43,448 nucleotides of DNA, taken from IMG/VR virus record IMGVR_UViG_3300017408_000001, positions 1 through 43,448 of that record; one strand, given 5' to 3'. Positions 40,001 to 43,448 of the stretch are shown here, one piece after another. Each line of letters begins with the position of its first letter. Within the stretch, counting starts at the first letter, position 1. The notes beneath the pieces were generated by a model. It did no database searches, was not told the origin of the DNA, and saw only the letters and a program-made list of their open reading frames with translations. Source of the stretch: a virus. A program made the position numbers and the translations under genes.

Positions 40001-42113
40001 GCTGCGCTATCGCCAGGCGAACCTGCCGCGCGACAAACTCCTCGATGTCGCCGCGCTTCTTGATCGCGTCGGACTCGGCCTTCGCGCGTGCCTCGGCGAT
40101 CAGTGCTTCACCACCGGACACCCGATAAGCTGCCGCCAGCTTGTAGAGGTTCTTGATCTGCGCTTCGATCGCCGCGGCCTCGCGCGCAAGCTGCTCGGCG
40201 TGCTTGTCGGTCTTGCCCTTCTCAGGGTCGAGGAAGCCTTTGTCCTCGGCCTGCTTGCGCAGCCGTGCCTGAGCGTTCAGTCGGGCCTGGGCCGCCAGAG
40301 CCGCCTTCCCGATGCCGACATAGTCCTTGTCGACCTTGGTCGAGAGCACATTGTCCCACGCCTTGGCGACCTTGTCGGCAGCGCCCTTGTGGTTGTTGAC
40401 GATGGTGGCGATCTGCGGCGCAGAAAGGGTGGGTAGCGCCAAGCCAGCCTTGCCGAGCACGCCATTGGCCGACGTGATAAACGAGTTCAGGCCGGTGACC
40501 GACTTCCTGATCAGATTGTTCAGCGCCTCGATAGCCGAGTTGACCGCGCTCACAAAAACGTCGGACATCGCCGCCGGGAACATCTTCCACGTCGCCATGA
40601 AGGCATCGTACGCGCGCACGCCGCGACTGATCAGCAGGTTAAGATAGTTGGTCGTGGCGGCGCCGGCCCAATCCAGCCAGCCCTTCATCCAGTCCCACGT
40701 CTTCGTGACCGAGCCGCCGATCGCGTCCCAGATGGCTGCGCCGGCAAGCTGGAACACCGCTTTGGTGGTGTCGCCGTAGGTCACGGTGACATCGTCCAGT
40801 TGCCGGATCTCCTTGGCGGTCAGACCGAGCGACGCCACGTAAGCCTTCATGGGCTCACCCTCGTTCGCCGCGTCGTTTACGACCTTCAGGCCGACCGCAA
40901 AGGCAGCAAGAGCAGCGACGCTAGCGATCACGGCTGTGCTGGTTGCAGCAAAGCCGAGTGCCGCCTTCGCAGCATTGCCGAGCTGCCCGGCGAAACCCTT
41001 CAGGCCGCCTTCGGCCATCATGCCGATCTGGGCGATCTGGCCGCCCTGTTGAATAAAGACCGTCATCGGGTGCTGCCCGCTCAACAGGCCCTGCACGATG
41101 TCAGGCGTCTGAATAGCGAACTGCTTCAAGGCAAAGCTACTCTTGCCGGCGGAGACGGCGAGGGCGTCGTGCTGATGCCCTGCTGAAGCAAGGCGAGCGG
41201 TCAGAACCTGCTGCTGCCGGGCGTACTCGGTCGGCGCAGTAGCGCCCGCATGGTACAGGCGCGTCGACTCCGCAATCTCGGCGTTGAGGCGCTTCGTGGC
41301 TGCGTAAAGCGGGTCAGTCGCCATCCGCAGGCGCTCGGCGGCCTCAGCATCAGCCAGCTGCGCGGCGTGCGAGCCGCGTACAAGATCGGTCAAGCGCTGC
41401 TGCTCGTCAGCCAGGCGCTTAGTTGCAAGCGCCGCCGCGTCCTTCTCGCGCTTTTCGTCCGCTAGAAACTTTTCGGTAAGCGCACTGTAAGTCGCGCCCA
41501 TTCCGGGATCGGTCGCCTTCTCTCGACCAAGGCCTGTATTGCGCCTGATAGCGGCCTCGATCTGCTCGCGCGACGCCAAGGCGGAATTGACGCGTTGGAT
41601 CGCCTCGATCTCCGCCTGGGCGGCGCGCTCCGCAGCAATGACACGCGCTTGCGCTGCATCAGCGGCGGCCGCAGCCATCTTGCCCTGCAGCGCGATCTCT
41701 TCATTGATCAGCCGCCCGGCAAGTTCGGTGAGACCGGCTTGCTCCGCGGCAAGCGCAGCAGCCACGGTCTTCGTTTCGCGCAGCTCGTCACGTGATTTGC
41801 CGAAGGTGGCGTTCTGGCGCTCCAATTGACGCACCAGCGCCTCGCCGGACTTCTCGATCTGACCGAGTGAACGGGCAGCGCTCGCCGCTTCGCGTCCAAC
41901 GGCGTTGCCGAACGAAGTGATCTGCGCAGTAGCATTGCTGAGGTTCAACGTGCCGCGCGATGCGGCCTCGATCTTCTGGAACTCCCGCACGGCATTTGCC
42001 TGGGTGACGCCAATCAGGTCGTCCAGCGACCTGAGCCGCCCGAACGAGTCATGGAAGTCGATGGCGAAGCCGACGCCAAGCATCGCCCCTTCTTCATCCA
42101 TGCGGACCTCCAT
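37050..42113 (-). CDS. Tail tape measure protein (1687 aa)
   Basis: Size, long Ala/Gln/Glu-rich coiled regions and a central hydrophobic block (GFAGQLGNAAKAALGFAATSTAVIASVAALAAFAVGL). It lies between the chaperones and the fibre gene. Confidence 0.9.
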   Translation of the reverse strand: MEVRMDEEGAMLGVGFAIDFHDSFGRLRSLDDLIGVTQANAVREFQKIEAASRGTLNLSNATAQITSFGNAVGREAASAARSLGQIEKSGEALVRQLERQNATFGKSRDELRETKTVAAALAAEQAGLTELAGRLINEEIALQGKMAAAAADAAQARVIAAERAAQAEIEAIQRVNSALASREQIEAAIRRNTGLGREKATDPGMGATYSALTEKFLADEKREKDAAALATKRLADEQQRLTDLVRGSHAAQLADAEAAERLRMATDPLYAATKRLNAEIAESTRLYHAGATAPTEYARQQQVLTARLASAGHQHDALAVSAGKSSFALKQFAIQTPDIVQGLLSGQHPMTVFIQQGGQIAQIGMMAEGGLKGFAGQLGNAAKAALGFAATSTAVIASVAALAAFAVGLKVVNDAANEGEPMKAYVASLGLTAKEIRQLDDVTVTYGDTTKAVFQLAGAAIWDAIGGSVTKTWDWMKGWLDWAGAATTNYLNLLISRGVRAYDAFMATWKMFPAAMSDVFVSAVNSAIEALNNLIRKSVTGLNSFITSANGVLGKAGLALPTLSAPQIATIVNNHKGAADKVAKAWDNVLSTKVDKDYVGIGKAALAAQARLNAQARLRKQAEDKGFLDPEKGKTDKHAEQLAREAAAIEAQIKNLYKLAAAYRVSGGEALIAEARAKAESDAIKKRGDIEEFVARQVRLAIAQRVVDAAKATAAMRDQAAAQEQVNALVQDGLVPASRAADLVRDRIAQLPLLAALEAAQKTKDLQGIKEITRALEDQRVARASLTKAEADAQLLAALQGGKDRLAELREELRLIGATEEARARGMAELKARQQAATWLTGGANPAKVEAFVKQQGDLAVQGVRNAQAQNAYNDSLTLTAEKWDIIAGKVQSAGQGMADAFGNAGRAIGDMASIYATYQASRTRAEQEHAEKITQAGGNEKLLAQERERWALRSSGAQIAAFGDMTDAAKGFFKEHSTGYKAMEAAEKVFRAIQLAMSLQSMIQSALETTTKVAGAAAVATAEGTAGIASQSKLPFPLNLAAMAATAAALVAAGISVVGSLGGGKNTLPKANDGTGTVLGDATAKSESIKRSIDALRQVDTTMLTYSRQMAASLRSIESQIGGFAALVLRTGDVNANSDVTQGFKANAIGSVLGSIPLVGGILKGLFGTKTKVVGSGLFGDDQTLGDILSGGFDASYYSDVQKKKKLFGITTSTKYSTKYSDADAGLENQFTLILRQFNDAILAAAGPLGESTDAIKSKLSGFVVDIGKIDLQGLTGDEIEEKLSAVFGAAADKMATAAFPGIEKFQKAGEGLFETLVRVSSTVESVSASLGLLSSSAATMSIDAKLALADQFDSVSDFTSAIGAYFDAYYSKEEQAAAKTRQFAQVFDSLGLAMPGTLAGFRALVEAQDLTTAAGQSTYATLLQLAPAFADLQTAMNGAKSAADILAEQQDLQRQLLELQGDTAAIRALDLAKIDPSNKALQEQIWALQDAKDAAAAADQLRQAWTSVGDGIMAEVNRIRGITNGSSSGSFAQLMGQFNAATLAARGGDQEAANKLVGLSQSLLSVAGDTATSRQELDRVQAQIAASLEGTYNLIGAITGANDPASIIGALASAANASTATETSPPANDNLVDEIRALRAELAQMRSDMNSGNAAITGNTGRIASKLDDVTAESGGTAISVAAGS

Positions 42114-42153
42114 GATACAGGGCGCAAATACGAACCAAGGGACTCGGGTCGAT

Positions 42154-42501
42154 ATGATGCGGTGGATTTTCGCGGCTGCAGCGCTGACGGCACAACCAGC
42201 GGTGGCAGCGCCGACCTACTTGAACTGCTCGGTGGACAACGAGACTTCGGTGGCGAAGATCGACATTGCGCTAGACGAACAAGCCCAAACCGCCGTTTTT
42301 TCTTCACCTGCAGAAGGGAAGACCCAGACGCGAGCTGCCGCCTTCACAGCGCAGAGCGTCACTATTCCCGACACGGTCTTTACATGGACGATCGACCGCG
42401 TGTCTCTGGCGCTCACCAGAGTGACGACCATAGGTGAGAAGCGTTGGGACGACCGCGGCCAGTGCAAGATCGCGCCGGTGCCGGCGAACCGCGCCTTCTA
42501 A
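42154..42501 (+). CDS. Secreted 115-aa protein encoded antisense to the late operon (moron)
   Basis: Signal peptide MMRWIFAAAALTAQPAVAAP and two Cys residues. Local GC is lower (a TTTTTTCTTC run). Its stop overlaps the convergent stop of the chaperone T frame (CTAA). Confidence 0.6.
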   Translation: MMRWIFAAAALTAQPAVAAPTYLNCSVDNETSVAKIDIALDEQAQTAVFSSPAEGKTQTRAAAFTAQSVTIPDTVFTWTIDRVSLALTRVTTIGEKRWDDRGQCKIAPVPANRAF

Positions 42502-42965
42502 CCGAGAAGCATCCGCAACTTCTCGACTTCGACCTGCTTTTCGCGCTCGGTAACCGGCGCTCGCCATGGTGGCGGGCAGTTCTCATCCTCGGCACGTCGG
42601 CCTTCGGTCAGGTACTCCATCGACAACTTGCGGAGCAGCCTGATCTCCCACCGGGCAAGGTGGATACCCATCGCGTCCTGCCAACCCTTGATGCTCTGCC
42701 AGCTGATCGGGCCTGCGCCCATGCCGGCCACCTCTGTCAGTCCGATCTCCAGTAAGCGAGCCAGGATGTGCGGAGCAGGATTGGACGGCATGGCCGGAAC
42801 GATGCCATCCCGCTTCATCTGCTCCACACGACTGACTGGTGGCGGCTGATTGTCCGCCTTCGCCCGCTTGCTACCCTCTGCCGGCTTCGGCGTGGCATTG
42901 AGCCACGCCATGTGCCGGACGTAGAGCGTCAGGCCTCGGTCGACGCGGGCTTGAAGTTTCCCCAA
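42498..42965 (-). CDS. Tail assembly chaperone T segment (expressed as G-T fusion by -1 frameshift)
   Basis: The ORF is in the -1 frame relative to 42929-43348 and overlaps it by 37 nt. There is no convincing independent RBS, and the ORF-track start is TTG inside the slippery site. Confidence 0.6.
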   Translation of the reverse strand: MGKLQARVDRGLTLYVRHMAWLNATPKPAEGSKRAKADNQPPPVSRVEQMKRDGIVPAMPSNPAPHILARLLEIGLTEVAGMGAGPISWQSIKGWQDAMGIHLARWEIRLLRKLSMEYLTEGRRAEDENCPPPWRAPVTEREKQVEVEKLRMLLG

Positions 42966-43348
42966 TCACGCAGCGCTTTCTGCACCTGAACAACGATGAA
43001 GCCGAGCTTCTTGTCCGCGTAGAGGGCGCGAAACAACTCCTTGCCCTGCTTGTCGCCAGCCGGCGGGTAGCTGAGGTTTTCGAACGCAACGGTCAGCGCA
43101 GCCAGATCGTCGGCCTGCTCGGTATCGCGCTGCTCGAGCGGCGGCATGGCGACTTTGCCATCGTTGTCCTGCATCCGCTTCACCGCGCGAGCGGTCTGGC
43201 GATCTTCAACCTCGGCGAACGCCTGGGAGCCGGGGCTGTACAGCACGATGCGCACAGGCTTGCCGTCGACATAGAGGTGGTTGCCGTCCGCACCCTTGAT
43301 GTGGATCGGCGCGGTGTCAGCGACCGCCTGGGTGGTGATATCGAACAT
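42929..43348 (-). CDS. Tail assembly chaperone G
   Basis: AGGA lies 8 nt before ATG 43348. The 139-aa acidic protein follows the major tail gene across the circular junction and carries the slippery site near its 3' end. Confidence 0.65.
   Translation of the reverse strand: MFDITTQAVADTAPIHIKGADGNHLYVDGKPVRIVLYSPGSQAFAEVEDRQTARAVKRMQDNDGKVAMPPLEQRDTEQADDLAALTVAFENLSYPPAGDKQGKELFRALYADKKLGFIVVQVQKALRDWGNFKPASTEA
42956..42962 (-). other. Programmed -1 ribosomal frameshift slippery heptamer G GGA AAC
   Basis: The minus strand reads tgG GGA AAC in the G frame, an X XXY YYZ heptamer. It lies 8 codons before the G stop. Slipping gives GGG AAA in the T frame. Confidence 0.65.
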
Positions 43349-43448
43349 GAGGATTTCCTTTCGCGGGAAGGTGCACCAGTCCAGCCCCACAGCCCGCGAT
43401 GAGCAGGACGGAACTGGTGCGTAGATGCCGGCGCGGGCAGACCGGGCA
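43326..43448. repeat. Right copy of terminal direct repeat (identical to 1-123)
   Basis: Exact 123/123 match by manual alignment, anchored on the ORF-track frame of 42929-43390. Confidence 0.9.

Larger units (their letters stand above)
1..43448. mobile_element. Complete temperate siphovirus-type phage / excised prophage genome, circularly closed record
   Basis: There is a full set of lysogeny, replication, packaging, head, tail and lysis genes. An exact 123-bp duplication at the two window ends splits a tail gene. Confidence 0.85.

Noticed and set aside
42216-42467. 83-aa minus-strand ORF (and 42014-42307) that could fill the gap between chaperone GT and the tape measure.
   Set aside because: There is no RBS or coupling, and the composition is odd. 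The opposite-strand ORF has a textbook signal peptide and a defined start, so the plus-strand gene is preferred.
1-43448. CRISPR arrays, transposases/IS elements, a restriction endonuclease partner for Dam, toxin-antitoxin pairs and diversity-generating retroelements.
   Set aside because: I saw no regularly spaced direct repeats with unique spacers, no transposase- or RT-like translations, and no recognisable nuclease or toxin motifs by eye. Absence is not proven without HMM searches.

Overview
The window is a complete temperate siphovirus-type phage or excised prophage genome. It is written as a linearised circle: bases 1-123 are repeated exactly at 43326-43448, so the unique length is about 43,325 bp. 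The junction falls inside the tail-assembly-chaperone gene.

The DNA is visibly GC-rich, and several features suggest an alphaproteobacterial host. These are GTA/HK97-like head-tail genes, a DUF1376 replication protein, a P4-type integrase and a GAAC-N7-GAAC box.

Gene order is a lambda-like layout.
- A divergent cI-like (+) / cro-like (-) switch sits at 14.2-15.1 kb.
- The minus strand carries one long lytic transcription unit. It runs cro-like, DnaB, DUF1376 initiator, two unknowns, a NusG/RfaH-like protein, a terminator-like hairpin, tRNA-Gly(UCC), HNH, TerS, TerL, portal, ClpP-like protease, HK97 capsid, connector/adaptor/gp10/DUF3168 and major tail.
- That unit continues across the junction to chaperone G/GT with a G GGA AAC -1 slippery site, a 1687-aa tape measure, a 963-aa fibre/host-specificity protein, three unknowns, a GH5 hydrolase and holin-like/endolysin genes. 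It ends with a cluster of signal-peptide proteins that includes a beta-helix protein.
- The plus strand downstream of cI carries about 16 translationally coupled early-left genes, almost all of unknown function. They end in an AlpA/Xis-like gene and converge on the integrase.
- attP lies next to int and is flanked by phased GATACCCCGACC repeats.
- The far side of attP is a cargo island: a stand-alone HIRAN protein, a divergent YozE-like/HTH/small-ORF operon behind a putative LexA box, an orphan Dam-family methylase and a 378-bp hairpin-rich non-coding spacer.

The items most worth follow-up are:
- the SOS-box/HIRAN cargo island;
- the antisense secreted-protein gene wedged between chaperone GT and the tape measure;
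- the post-lysis cluster of secreted proteins;
- the NusG-like protein, terminator and tRNA gate before the late genes;
- the 11-bp-phased iterons inside the replication gene;
- the uncharacterised early-left operon.

All protein-family calls come from reading the supplied translations by eye. No database search was run.
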